NCBI GenBank assembly: GCA_963819805.1
Contig: CAWFXY010000047.1
Location: 13,040-77,039 of the forward strand
Origin: an uncultured Planctomycetota bacterium
Lineage (GTDB): Bacteria > Planctomycetota > Planctomycetia > Isosphaerales > Isosphaeraceae
DNA: 64,000 nt
Direction of reading: 5' to 3'
Shown: positions 32,459-43,695 of the stretch, piece by piece
Layout of the letters: every line of letters begins with the position of its first letter
Numbering within the stretch: position 1 is the stretch's first letter
Notes under the pieces: model-generated
Database searches by the model: none
Seen by the model: the letters and a program-made list of their open reading frames with translations, nothing else
What the model was told of the DNA's origin: nothing
Position numbers and translations under genes: made by a program

Positions 32459-33950
32459 CTACGTCAGGCTATGATACGCGCAGGGCCACGTCTGGCCAGG
32501 AGTTGCTCGAGACCGAATCGGGCCGCTCGGCGACCGGTGGCAATGCGATCGCCTCGGCGCCAGATGCCGTACAGCGCCGCACGGTGAGCCGCGCTGCGGT
32601 CGGCCCGAGAAGCGATCACCGGCCGGAACGCCTCCATGACCTGGAGCGCAGCCTTGAAGCTGATCGACCGCGGCGGATACGCCCTCGACTCGGGCCGCGC
32701 GTGCGTACATCACGGTCGACGGATCGAGGTAGTAGCCCGCCAGGCACGGGTGCGCCGCAAGATCGTGCGTCCGGCACCGGCTCCGGCGTCGTGCACCGCA
32801 GCCGGTCCATCTGCAGCGTAGACCTTGATCGCTCCTGGAAGATACAGCTCGTTGTTCCACCTGGCCCGCGTAGATGCGAGGCGCAGCGCCGCCGGGCTCG
32901 CATGCCCGGGTCGAGTCAGGGTAGTCACGTACCACGATCGCGGCGCGTGCCCTCCAGGATCGCGGACGTGGATCCAGCGGACCGGGATCGCACCGTCGCG
33001 GACCGTGTACCGAGTCGGGCAGCGCGTTGTATGTCGCCCGGTCACCGACCGGATCGACGTCGGCTTCCTCCAGACGTACCAGGCCGGTCGTCCTTGCCGA
33101 GCCGCGACGCCGTTGCGGAAGTCGGCCTGGCGGTGCGCCGTCGACGCGGCTGAGCCGTGTCGAGCCGCCGCTTGACCAGGTGCATGCCGACCGATGCCGC
33201 GACATCAGGCGGTCGCCCAGCAGGACGTCGCCGGGCGCGGAGCACGCTCCCAGAGCCGTCGCACGAGTGCGGTGGACGACTCCGGCTGACCCGTGCCGGC
33301 GTAGCGGCAGATGCGCCAGGTCGAGGATCAGGCGTCGGCACGGGCAGCGAGATGATCGCGCCGATCCGCACGGGGCGAGCTCGTCAACCGGGACCTGGTT
33401 GTAGGCCAGCGGGTACTCGCGGCGGTTCCCGATCGTCCGTGCTCGGGCATCGAGTACAGGTCGAGCCAGTCGACGAGGCAGGCCCAGGGCGGGTCGCCCA
33501 GAGCCAGCCGCCGATCGACGCACGCGTCGAGGTTACGACCCGAGCGAGTGCCGGGCTTCGCAGGCGGCGTAAGAACGCGACGCGCGGGCAGGGTCGCGGT
33601 GCCTCGCCTGGCCGTAGACGCGCCGTCTCGGGGCTGGCACGGCTCGAGCCGCTGTCGTCGCGCGACGAGCGACCAGCCGGGCTACCGTCGCGGCAGGGCC
33701 GGTCGGCGATGAGGGCCTGGCCGAGCGAAGACCCAGAGGGCTCGATCAGGGGGGTGAAGATCGGTCACTTCCAGCTGGTAGTCGGACCTCGCGGAGTGCC
33801 TCCTCGAGCGCAGCGGCGCCGAGAGGTACGTCAGCGAAGTGAGCGACGGCCGTGCCGGCCTGGGGTGAGGACTCGCTGGCGGCAGCGGCAGGGTCGAAGC
33901 GCTGGAAGGTCGGGCGAGTCAGGGCGTCCGTGCCAGCGTGGCGATGCATC
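32459..33950 (-). pseudogene. degenerate DDE transposase remnant (IS701/IS4-like), many frame breaks
   Basis: Fragments of one protein are scattered over three frames. These include TRPTFQRFDP..., RRVYGQARHRDPARAS, GMHLVKRRLDTAQ...RRRTARP, YTVRDGAIPVRWIHVRDPGG...WYVTTL and RARWNNELY / FQERSRSTLQMDRL. I could not define inverted repeats. Confidence 0.5.
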
Positions 33951-34260
33951 GGCTCTGGCTCGGGTGGTAGCGATCATGGCGGGTACGTCCCCATCAGAGC
34001 CGGAATCGCCGAGGATCTTCCGTATCCTGCTCTCGATGCAGCCGCCGCGGAAATCTAAGTGCCATTCGTCCGCGATGCCGAAGTCGATTGTCCCTAAGCA
34101 ACTCCGCCAGGCCCTGATCCGCCGGCCCGCCGATGAGTTCGTTGGGTAGCTCGACAGGGCTGCGCAGGCGGCAGTCGCGCCTCCGTCCGGGTGTAATGCG
34201 GAATCACAACGATCCCGGCGTCTATTGGTGTCTCGGTCGCCGTGCCGGCAGTCCCGGGGC

Positions 34261-35369
34261 TCATCGCCCGGGAAAGCCGAGGTCGTCCCCCTCGTGGATC
34301 GCCATGCCGATCTGCTCGACCGAGCCGCGTCGGCCGTTGTACCAGAGCCGCCAGCGGCCGTCGCCGGGGATAGCGAACGGCTTGTAGATGGCGTCGGCGT
34401 CCCACTTCCCGGCGCCGGGGCGGAGGATCGGGTTGGAGGGGTGGCGCTCCCAGCCGGAGATCCCGTCCCTCGAGCGGGCCAGGCCGATCTGTGCGTGGTC
34501 GATGTCACGGAAGCCGATGTAGAACATCACGTACCAGCCGCCGTGGCGGACGACCTGGCAGGCCGTCACCTTGTGCCGCTCCCAGGCCCGGGCCGATTCG
34601 GCGCGGAAGATAGGGTTGTCGGCGTGCTTGGTCCAGGATAGGCCGTCGACGCTCGTGGCGACGCCGATGGCATCCGGCTCGTACTGCTCGCCCCCCGAGT
34701 ACCACAGCCGGTACCGCCTCGTCTCCTCGTCCCAGAGGACGTGCGGGCACATCACCGCGGCCTTCTCCCAGGGAGCCTCGGGGGCGAGCACGGGCCGGGT
34801 CCCGGTGCGAGTCCAGGTCTTGCCGTCGGGGCTGGCCGCGTGCCCGATCCACGAATGCCCGCGCGCCTGGCCGGTATACCACATGTGGTAGCCGTCGGGA
34901 CGCCTGACCACGACCGGGCGGTTGACGTCCTCCTCCCAGTCCGTCCGAGGGTTCGGCCCGAGCACGATGACCGGCGGCCCCCAGTGGACGCCGTCGACCC
35001 CCTCGACCAGCGCGACCGCTTTCTTCGGCCGCCACGAGAACCACATGCGATCGGTGTGTCCCTCGCGCGAGAGCGACACGTCGAAGCACGTCCCGAGGTT
35101 GCCCCCCAGGACCGGGTTGTCGGCGAACTTGCGCCAGCCGGCGGCCCCTTCCTCCCCGCCGTCGGCCGTCGGCCGCTCCTGCCTCGCCTCGGGGACAGCC
35201 GGCGCCTCGGCGCCCCGACCGCCGGGAGTTTCCCCGTCAGGCGGCCCAGCCGGCCCGCCGCGGCGACCTCCGCGCCATCGACCGGCGTCCGCGCCCCCGG
35301 GCCGGCCGCGGCGGTCCATGAGACTCCGAGCCATCCCAGGAGCCATGCGAAGAGGGCCGATGTCCTCAA
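34261..35369 (-). pseudogene. secreted five-bladed beta-propeller glycosidase-like protein (GH43/GH130-like fold), probable frame break in the leader region
   Basis: Repeated ...DG..W... / YHMWYTG, YRLWYSGG, WYVMFYIG, WRLWYNG blade motifs occur in ORF 34261..35346. A signal-peptide-like LRTSALFAWLLGWLGVSWTAAAG is only found in the neighbouring frame, from TTG 35369. The join is inferred near 35240-35290. Confidence 0.55.
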
Positions 35370-35705
35370 GGTGGATTCTCCGGATCAGATCCCACGTGAT
35401 CGTTCGCAGGCCGCCGATTGGCCGGGACCCTTCACTTCACCCGAGTCGGTGCCGGTTTCCAAGGGGCCTGTGCGTGTGGGGCAGCCGGCCCGGGCCGCCG
35501 GCAGCCCCGCGTGCCAACCGGTGGCTGTACTCGTGAGTCGGCCCGACCCTCGTGGCATCGTCCCGATCTGCCGGCCACCTCGAGCACGCCAGACACGCCC
35601 AGCGTCCGACGGCCACGATCCCCGCTGCCGGGGGGCGGCAGACGGCTGGGCTAGAGACGCGGGAGAGCGTTTTGGTAAGCTGATGGCCAGACGGGCCCGG
35701 GCTGG

Positions 35706-37362
35706 TTGCCCGGCGGCGGGCAGTGGCGGCTAACACCATTCATCGAGCACATACGGCGGCCACGAACATGGCCATTGTCTGTATCGGCGGACGTCTCTCT
35801 CAAGGTGGCAACTCGGACCGACCGGTGCATTCGCTCTTTGATCTTTCGCTCCTCGTCCCCTCTCCGAAACGGAGAGGGAACGCATCGGCCCCCGACGGGA
35901 CTGGCCATCTTCTTGCTGGCCTGTGCCTGGGCCGATGCGGGAGAGCCAGGCGGTCCGGCCCCGCCCGCGAAGAGCAAGGCACCCGCCGCGTCGGAAAAAC
36001 CGAAATACCTCCTCTTCTGGAGTTCCCCCGAGAAAGCAGGGGAACTGGCCGAGCGGGTCGGCATGAAGGGCGACGGCAAGACCCGGCTTCTGGGCTTCGG
36101 CCTCCCCACTCCGACCTTTGAACTCGAGGAGCAATTGCCCGACCGCATTCGGAGTGCATTCGCCGCGGCGCGCGAGCACGACATGGCGGTGATGCTGCAT
36201 TTCGATTTCCATCTCGCCTGGAAGCACCGCCCGGACCTCTGGAACTGGTTCGATCCGAACAAGCCGGGTTACGACCCGAACAACAAGTACAACGTCGAGT
36301 GGCACGGCTGGGACGGACCGCCGAACAAGGTGCACTACCTGAACCACGGCGTGCTCGAACGCCTGCCGCCGAACATGTGCTTCACGAGCAAGAGGACGCG
36401 AGCCGAGGTCACGCGGATCGTCTCGAAGGTCATCGGGCCGGTCCTCCGCGAGGAGATCGCGAAACTCAAGGCGGAAGGCAAGGAAGCCCTCTTCGCGGGA
36501 GTGCTGGTGGGCTCGGAGCCAAGCATCGACGACTACTCAAAACCGAATCCCGAGCTCGCGAAGATGATGAAGGAAGACGGCGTGCCCGCGGGACCGCTCG
36601 GCTACCGGGCGCTCCTGGATCGTGGCTTCAGCGCGGACCATCCGCCGGACGATTTCCGAAAGGCCCTCGCGAAGATCGTTCAGGAGACCATCGCCTTCTG
36701 GTGCGAGCAGTTCGTCGATGCGGGTATCCCCGCGGAGAAGCTCTACCCCCACGTCGCCGCACCCGCGCCCATCGAGATGATGAACGCTCCCATCTGGACG
36801 GCCTTCAACAAGTATTCCCGGCCCGGCTGGACCACCTATGCGGTCGAGGTCCTCGGGGAGGGCTTCAAGCCCATCTATGACGAGCTGGAGAAGCACGGGA
36901 ATCCCCCCTGGGCGGGCGTGGAGGCGAACGCGGGCATTCCCGGATCCGTCGTGGATTGGGAGACCTACCTCGCCTGGCACTACAACCACGGCTGCGTCCT
37001 CGTGGGCGTGAATATGGGCGCCACGGGCGAGGATCTCCCCAGGCGCCTCTGGGACAGCGCCTTCAGTCAAGGAAGCCATCGCGGCCTATCACAAGTTCCT
37101 GACGGGACAACCGCTGGTGGAGAAGCCCGTCTCCATGGATCACCCGGAGCTCCGCATTCAGGCGAAGATGAAGCGGGTGCGCGCGGGGATCGAGCGTTGG
37201 CACCGCAGCGGCAAGGACCCCTCGGCGGTGGGCAAGCTCATGGAAGGCGCCCAGCCGCTGGCGAACGCCGGAAAGCTCGACGAGCTGGAAAAACTCGTGG
37301 ACCAGGCGCTCGAGATGCTGGGCGAGACCGAGAAAGTGCCCGACGTGTATCGTAAGAAGTGA
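35706..37362 (+). pseudogene. hypothetical secreted protein, one frame break near the 3' end; true start uncertain
   Basis: ORF 35706..37355 is protein-like from about 35880 (GLAIFLLACAWADA...) through to ...LPRRLWDSAFS. A break at ~37065-37070 leads to KEAIAAYHKFLTGQPLVEKPVSMDHPELRIQAKMKRVRAGIERW...VPDVYRKK* in the frame of ORF 37117..37362. Confidence 0.6.
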
Positions 37363-37681
37363 GACACGGAAGGATTCCTTGAAGGATCTGGAGCCGCTTG
37401 ATCTCGCGGTCGTGGAAGCCGCGCGGGTAGGTCTCAGGACGAGTGTGGATTGGGTCAGCGGAATCAACTCCGGCGCGCTTCGGTCCGCCGTGCCGACGCT
37501 CTCTCGGGCAGTTTTATCGCGGACTGCGCCGGTGTTCGCCGTCCGCGACTGGGCGACGTCTCCCCAAACCACGCCCCGATCCGCGCCCGCGGGGATGGGA
37601 CCCGCCGAACTCAACCTCAGCGACGGCCCCGTCCGGACGCGCACGTCCTCGGCGTCGCCGCGGCGCGACCGCGTCGGGCCG

Positions 37682-39178
37682 TCATCGGGCGACCGCCTCC
37701 AGGAGCCCGATCGCCGCGTCGCGGATCTTCGGCTCGGCCCCGACCTCCAGGCAGCTCGTGCGCGCACGCCAGGTCGTGTAGCCGCCGAGGGCGTGCTGCC
37801 CCGGCGGCGGGATGTAGCCCATGGCGCCGTTGGCCAGCTCGATCACGAACGTCGGCCGCAGCGGGCTCCGCCGCTTGATCTCCAGCCCCGTCTCGGCGTA
37901 GACCTCGTTGGGGATCGCACCGATCCCCAGGCCGCCCACCCGCAGTGCCTGCAGCACCAACTCGGCGCCGCGCGGCCTTTCGCCCAGGAGCACCGTCTCG
38001 CGGGCGTAGATCTCCTCCAGCCCCCTCAGCGGCCGCCCTTTCGCTCGTGCCAGCACCTCCCGCGCCCGGGCGACCTCGGCGGCGTCGGGCAGCCGGAGGT
38101 CGACCCGGAGCCGGCGCTCCGCCATCCTGAGGGGCACCCGCTCGCGGAACTCGATCGTCCTGTACGTGTCCAGCGCGACCCTCGCCACGCTGTCGGAGAC
38201 GGTCTCGATCGTGACCTCCTTCCGCGGCTTGCCGTAGTCGTAGCAGTGGGTCTCGGCGCACGGCCCGTTCGACAGGATGGCGACGAACGGGGCACCGCCC
38301 GCGTCGGCACCCACCGCCGCCTCGACCTTCGCGGCGAACCGGCCGAAGTAGTCGGCCGACGCCGTGCCGGGCGGGATGCCGTAGCCGGCGTAGTGCATCC
38401 CGTAGTTCGCCAATAGCGCGATCGGCCGGCCGTCGACCGCCCGGACCGCCAGCAGCGAGAGGTCGGGGTCGACCGGGCCGGTGGGGGCGATGGCGTTCGG
38501 GTTCTGGTAGCCGGGGTGCATCTGCGCCCGGTCGTCGCGCGTGCCGCCGAATGGGTTGGTCTGGGCCGTGCCCGGCCTCATGAGCCAGCGGCGGCAGAAC
38601 ACCTGCGAGGGGTCGCGCCCGACCGCCCAGCCGACTTGCGCCGCCCTCCGCCCGGCGTGGGCCATCGTTACGGACTCGGCGATCTTCCCCGCGAGGAACC
38701 GCGCGTAGTCCGCGTCGGGCTCGGTCTGGAAGACCCCCATGACCGCCGGGGCGGTGTGCGTGTGCGTGGCCGACATCATCATCCGCTCGGCGGGGATCCC
38801 GGTCGCCTCGGCCGCCCGCGCCTTGGCCTCGTCGAAGAGCGCCCTGGGGATCATGCAGCTGTCGTCGACGACGATCGCGACCTCCGTGTCGCCGTCGTCG
38901 AGCACGAGGCATCGCGCGTGCAGCCGATCGAAGGCCGAGCGTGCGACCTGATCGGCCATCTGGCCGTTCATCGAGATCGGGAACCGCGGCGGCGTGACGT
39001 CGACGGCGGCCGCCCCTGCGCGGAAGGCCTTCGCCGGCCCGTCGACCAGCAGGGGCGAGGCCGCGACCAGGCACGAGCCGAGCAGGGCCCACGCGAGGAC
39101 GGGCCGGCGGTCGGCGGGGCGGTCGGGCACGGGTCTGACTCCCGCGGGCTCGGGGCTGTGGGGCCGGGGCGCCATCAT
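37682..39178 (-). CDS. neutral/alkaline ceramidase-N-terminal-like superfamily hydrolase (tentative family call)
   Basis: 498-aa intact ORF with a signal/TM segment, LAWALLGSCLVAASPL. AAAVDVTPP...MNG and MMSATHTHTAP resemble the ceramidase-like N-terminal domain. Confidence 0.55.
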   Translation of the reverse strand: MMAPRPHSPEPAGVRPVPDRPADRRPVLAWALLGSCLVAASPLLVDGPAKAFRAGAAAVDVTPPRFPISMNGQMADQVARSAFDRLHARCLVLDDGDTEVAIVVDDSCMIPRALFDEAKARAAEATGIPAERMMMSATHTHTAPAVMGVFQTEPDADYARFLAGKIAESVTMAHAGRRAAQVGWAVGRDPSQVFCRRWLMRPGTAQTNPFGGTRDDRAQMHPGYQNPNAIAPTGPVDPDLSLLAVRAVDGRPIALLANYGMHYAGYGIPPGTASADYFGRFAAKVEAAVGADAGGAPFVAILSNGPCAETHCYDYGKPRKEVTIETVSDSVARVALDTYRTIEFRERVPLRMAERRLRVDLRLPDAAEVARAREVLARAKGRPLRGLEEIYARETVLLGERPRGAELVLQALRVGGLGIGAIPNEVYAETGLEIKRRSPLRPTFVIELANGAMGYIPPPGQHALGGYTTWRARTSCLEVGAEPKIRDAAIGLLEAVAR

Positions 39179-39346
39179 GGCGAGCGTCCGGCGGCGGATC
39201 AGGCGCGGAGGGACGGCGAACCTCGTCGATCGTCGTCGGGCACGGGCCCTCTCGCGGACGTGCGCTTCGTTCTCAGGCCCGATCGGCCTGCCGGGTCGGG
39301 AGCTCGTCGATGATCAGGCGGCTTCGGCGCGTCCCTCGACCGGCAG

Positions 39347-39592
39347 CTACCCGAGGTTAGCCGACCCGCTCGGATCGAGCCAGACGTGTACCGCGACCGT
39401 CGAGCCCCCTCCGACCACGGCCAGCGTCGATCTCACCCTCGCCGCCGGCCGCGACCTGAGCCAGGCGATGAGCGTCCGATTGATCAGCCCGGGGAGCCGC
39501 TCCAGCTCGACTTCCCTGCGGAACTCGGAGAGGGCCGGACGGATCATCACCCAGTCCTTCGCGATCTCCTCGACAACGGCCTCCACGTCCAT
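39347..39592 (-). CDS. small hypothetical protein (81 aa)
   Basis: The ORF reads MDVEAVVEEIAKDWVMIRPALSEFRREVELERLPGLINRTLIAWL... and lies just downstream of repeat copy 1. Confidence 0.4.
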   Translation of the reverse strand: MDVEAVVEEIAKDWVMIRPALSEFRREVELERLPGLINRTLIAWLRSRPAARVRSTLAVVGGGSTVAVHVWLDPSGSANLG

Positions 39593-39667
39593 CTTGAGAG
39601 CCCTCGAAACCTAGGACCCCGTCCCGGTTCATCCCCGCGCCGGCCTCGGCCCCGGTCGCGTCGCCGA

Positions 39668-39760
39668 GCGAATCTCCTCGCCCGGTAGAACACGACGCCG
39701 CGCCCGCCGCCTGTCCGCGAGGCTCGGGCGGAGTGACGGCTCGTCCCACGGCGAGGTCGA
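39668..39760. repeat. dispersed repeat copy 1 (about 80% identity over about 95 bp; 33-bp identical core at 39721-39753)
   Basis: The core ggctcgggcggagtgacggctcgtcccacggcg is identical to 43749-43781. On the minus strand both copies encode ...PWDEPSLRPS.A..RR.RRR.L.GEE.R... Confidence 0.8.
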
Positions 39761-39909
39761 GCGGTTCGCCGATTCCTCGTCCTTCCGGCCCCGTGACCAT
39801 GCCTCGGTCATCGTGAAGGTCCACAGGCAGACGTGGGCCGCCCTGATCTTCACCCATACGAACCGAAGGTGAACGCGACCGAGAGCGTGCGGGTCCCGAG
39901 GACATCGCG

Positions 39910-42107
39910 TTAAGCGGGCCCGGGGCCGGTCCGGCGTCCTGACGCCTCGCGCCCGGGGATGATCTCGAACCCGGCGACGTTGATGTAGCGATCGCGCGAG
40001 GGGGCGTCCTTCCGCTCGAGCACCCTCAGCTTGATGGTGTGGCGGCCCGGCCCGAGGCCCTTGCGAGACCATTCGAACGGGAGGTCCCGCCCCGGGCCGT
40101 ACTGGCTGACCTCAGCCACCGCCACGCCGTCGATGGCCACCTCGGCCCGGCCCGCGTCGTCGTAGCGGAACCCGAACCAGCGGATTCCCGCACCTTCGAA
40201 CGCGGCCTCCGCCGTCGCGCCGACCTCGTTCGTGAAGCGGAACTGCGCCGCCTCGTTCCACTTCCCCCCGAAGGTCACGGACCGGAACGGGATGTGCCAG
40301 ATCGCCGCCGGGTCGGCGTAGAGATAGTAGGGATCCCCCTCCTTGTAGGCGGCGAAGGGCCGCACCCGCAGGCGGGATCGGCGTTCAGCCGCCACGTCAG
40401 CAGCTCGCCTTCGGACCGCGTCAGCGCGCGATCGAGGTGCGTCAGGTCGAGCTTCGCGACGAAGCGTGCATCGGGGGCCTGAGCCGCCAGGGCCACGGGC
40501 CCATACAGGAGCGCCGTCGGGTACGTGCTCCCGGCCACCAGCGGGCTGCTCCACAGCCGCATCGGCAGCGTCAACGACACCCGATCGCCGTTGCTCCATC
40601 GCCGGCGCAGCGTCATCCAGTGGGACGGCTCGCGCTCGAACGTCGCAGGCTCGCCGTTGAGCCTCGTCGTCGGCGATCCGGCCAGCCACGACGGGACGCG
40701 GATCTTGAGCCCGAACTCGACCGGCCGGTCGGTCTCGACCGCCAATTCCACGGTCTCATCCTCGGGGAACCGCGTCGCCTGGCGCAGGACGACGGTGGCC
40801 CCCCCGTGCGACCACTTCACATGAGAGGGGACGAACAGGTTGACGCGGAGGCTCTCCGCGTCATGGAAGTAGACGAGGTCGCAGACGTCGGCCACCGCCT
40901 GCGGCCGCGTCCCCGTGCAGCACGACCATCCGAAGTCGATGTTCCGCTTCTGGCCCCCGTGGGCGTTGTAATCCGAGTAGTACATCACCCGGCCCTCGGC
41001 CGTCATCGGGATGCTCGCGCCGATCGCGTTGATCAGCAGCCGCTCGACCCAGTCGCCGTACCGCGCGTCCCCGTCAGCGTCAGGAGGTGCTTCGCCATCT
41101 TGAACGCCCGCCCACGTGCCGCACTGGGTCTCGAACGTGTTGGCGGTCGTCCCCAGGTGTGCCAGCACCCGATCGCGGGGCAGGAGCCGCTCGTCCGGGC
41201 CGTAGCCGCCGGTGGCGAAGCACTGGTGATCCTGCAGATAATCATAGGCATTGCGGAGGATGTCGAGGTAGCGCGGCGCGCCGGCGACGAGGAAGGCGGC
41301 GCCGGCGCCCCCGAGCGTGTTGACGTGGCTGTAGGCGTGGTACGAGTCGTTGCGCCGGCCGCCGGGGCGCGGGGCGAAGGGGTCGGCCCGCCGCGCGTAG
41401 ATATCCCAGTACTCGGGATACTCCCACTCCGCCGCGAAGTCGCGGTACCGCGCGTCGCCGGTCGCCAGGTAGGCCCGGTAGAGGTTCTCGCTCAGCGTGT
41501 ACCACTCGGTGCTCGTGTCGTCGACGCGGCGGGAGCGCTCGAGGTTCCGCTCGGCCCACGCGGTGATCCGGCCCAGCGACTCGAGTGCGTCGCGGTCGTC
41601 GCAGTAGAGATAGGCGTCGACGAGCCCGCCGACCATCTTGTCGTAGATGTAATGGTGCGCGTAGGGCGTCGCCGAGGCGTAGAAGTAGCCGTCCGCGGCG
41701 ATGCATCGGGCCCACCCTGCCAGCAGGGCCTCGACCTTCCGACGACAGGCCGGGTCCCCCGTCGCGGCGTGGAGCCGCGCCAGGCCGGAGACGATCTGGC
41801 CGAAGACGTGGAACTTGTCGGCGGTGTACCAGCCGCCCAGGTCGCGCCCCGGGGCGGGACGGCCCGCGCGGAGGCGGAAGCCCCTGAGCAGGTCGTCGTC
41901 GGGGATCCGCAGGTAATATTCCTTGACCTCGTCGAGCATCGCCCCCGTCCGGCCGCCGTCGAGCGTCACCCCCCGGTAATCGAACGCCTCGATCTGCCGC
42001 CGCCCCTTGACTTGCGGGGGCTCGGCCCCCCGGGCGTGGCCGCCGGCCCTGAGCGCGAGCACGACCGCGAGGGCGGGAGCACGCACGGCGAATCGGAGCA
42101 TCGTCAT
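39910..42107 (-). pseudogene. glycoside hydrolase family 127-like (DUF1680, beta-L-arabinofuranosidase-type), at least 3 frame breaks
   Basis: ATG 42107 opens MTMLRFAVRAPALAVVLAL...GWYTADKFHVFGQIVSGLARL...YSHVNTLGGAGAAF...TFETQCGTWA. Two compensating breaks at 41069-41116 give FKMAKHLLTLTG in another frame and then return to DARYGDWVERLLINA...GWSCCTGT...LTWRLNADP. A break at ~40365-40380 leads to LRVRPFAAYKEGDPYYLY...GFEIIPG...* with the stop at 39910. Confidence 0.75.
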
Positions 42108-42174
42108 CACTCGGTCCTCCCGCTCGAGACACGAGGCGCCTTCAACCCGAGGTGGCGCCCGGCGCGCCCCGGCC

Positions 42175-43449
42175 TCATCGCGCGCCGGGCGGTTTCGACT
42201 CACCCGCTTCGGGCGCGATCTCGAAGCAATCGATGCCCGCGTTGGTCTCGGTCGAGGCCCGGTCCTTGCCGGTGATCTCGATCGCGAGGGCATGCCGGCC
42301 GGCCCGGAGGGTCCGCGTGCCCAGCTCGACGCGGCCGCAGGTGATCACCCGGGGCGCGTAGAGGTCGATCGGTCCGCCCAGGGGCTCGCCATCGAGCCGG
42401 GGCTGGATCCGGCCGTAATCCGGAGCCATCGTCAGGTAGGCGCCCAGCCGATAACGGCCCGAATTCTCGACGGGGAGGACGAACGTCAGGCGGCCCCCCG
42501 GCCCTCCCTTGACATAGACCTGGGTGCCGCCGCTCCAGTTGCCGGCCCCGAACCCGTCCATGGCCTGCACATTGGCCTGGACAGCGCGCCGCTCGGCGAT
42601 CTCCAGGGCCTCGGCCTCCAGCGGGTGTCGCGCCTCGCGGTTCGTCGGCAGCAGCATCCCGGATTGCAGACGCCGATGGGCGAACCATCGCACGATCTCG
42701 GCCTGCTGCGGCGTGATGGTCACGCGGGGGTGGCCCCAGTATCCCATGACGTTCGTCCGGTCGAACGCGACCCTCCTGCCCTGGAGAACGACGCTCACTT
42801 CCGACCGGCACTGGATGGCCTGGATGAACGGGTCGGGCAGGGTATCCGCCAGGCCGTCGCCGTCGAAGCAGGACGGGTCGCCCTTGTGGTCCTTGAGCCA
42901 GGCGTCGGCCTCGGCGACGGTCGCGAACTCGCGCGTGAAGACGTGGCTCAGCCCCAGATAATGGCCGATCTCGTGGGCGAGCGAGCCGATGTTCTGCCTC
43001 CCGCAGACGTGTGACACGTCGAACCCACCCATCACGACGAAGTCGTAATCGATCCATGAGAACCCGTGCCCGGTGGGGTTCGGGCCCGGCCCGTGGCGGA
43101 AGAGCACCGTCAGCTTCCCGGGGTGCTCGGCCGCCACCCGGTTGCCCGCCCGCTTGGACTCGAGCCAGTCGCGGTCGCCCGTGCCGTCGATGGTGTTCAG
43201 GAGCGTGCTCTTCCGCTCAGCCAGCCCGTCGGCGACCTCGTAGCGGAAGTGGACGCCCGAGTGCGCATAGACGGCGTTGGCGTAATCGACCCAGCGCTTC
43301 ACCTGGTGCGCGGAGATTGCGGCCGCGCGCCCTCCGTCGTCGTCGGAGATCCTCACCGCCTGGATCGGGACCTCCACCCGGTTCGGCGCCCCCTCGGGGG
43401 CCGCCTGGGCCAGGACCGTCGCGATGACGACGCCCGTCAGTAGCGTCAT
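42175..43449 (-). CDS. secreted zinc metalloprotease (HExxHxxGxxH; M43/pappalysin-like)
   Basis: 424-aa intact ORF. The signal peptide is MTLLTGVVIATVLAQAAP and the active-site motif is SLAHEIGHYLGLSHV. Confidence 0.8.
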   Translation of the reverse strand: MTLLTGVVIATVLAQAAPEGAPNRVEVPIQAVRISDDDGGRAAAISAHQVKRWVDYANAVYAHSGVHFRYEVADGLAERKSTLLNTIDGTGDRDWLESKRAGNRVAAEHPGKLTVLFRHGPGPNPTGHGFSWIDYDFVVMGGFDVSHVCGRQNIGSLAHEIGHYLGLSHVFTREFATVAEADAWLKDHKGDPSCFDGDGLADTLPDPFIQAIQCRSEVSVVLQGRRVAFDRTNVMGYWGHPRVTITPQQAEIVRWFAHRRLQSGMLLPTNREARHPLEAEALEIAERRAVQANVQAMDGFGAGNWSGGTQVYVKGGPGGRLTFVLPVENSGRYRLGAYLTMAPDYGRIQPRLDGEPLGGPIDLYAPRVITCGRVELGTRTLRAGRHALAIEITGKDRASTETNAGIDCFEIAPEAGESKPPGAR

Positions 43450-43695
43450 GACCAGCCTCGGTCGGGAAGCCCCGCCCCCTCCCGTTGCACCGGCACCGCG
43501 CGATGTTTCCGGGGTCCGGACCGCCGAGTGATTATATCCCAGCCACGAACGCGAGACATCCCGAGGCCAGGCTGCTCTCGGCGGTTGCGCACGGACTGTA
43601 CCTTCCGGACCTGATGCATTTCACGCGGCGCAGCTCTCGAACCTTTCGGCGACCGCCTGGATTTCCGCCTGCGTCACCCCAGGCCGCATCACTGC

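Noticed and set aside
35858-35880. Perfect hairpin ccctctccg-aaa-cggagaggg as a terminator or regulatory element upstream of the 35706..37362 locus
   Set aside because: It lies inside the extended ORF and leader region of a gene whose start I could not fix. There is no U-tract and no convergent gene end nearby, so its function cannot be assigned.
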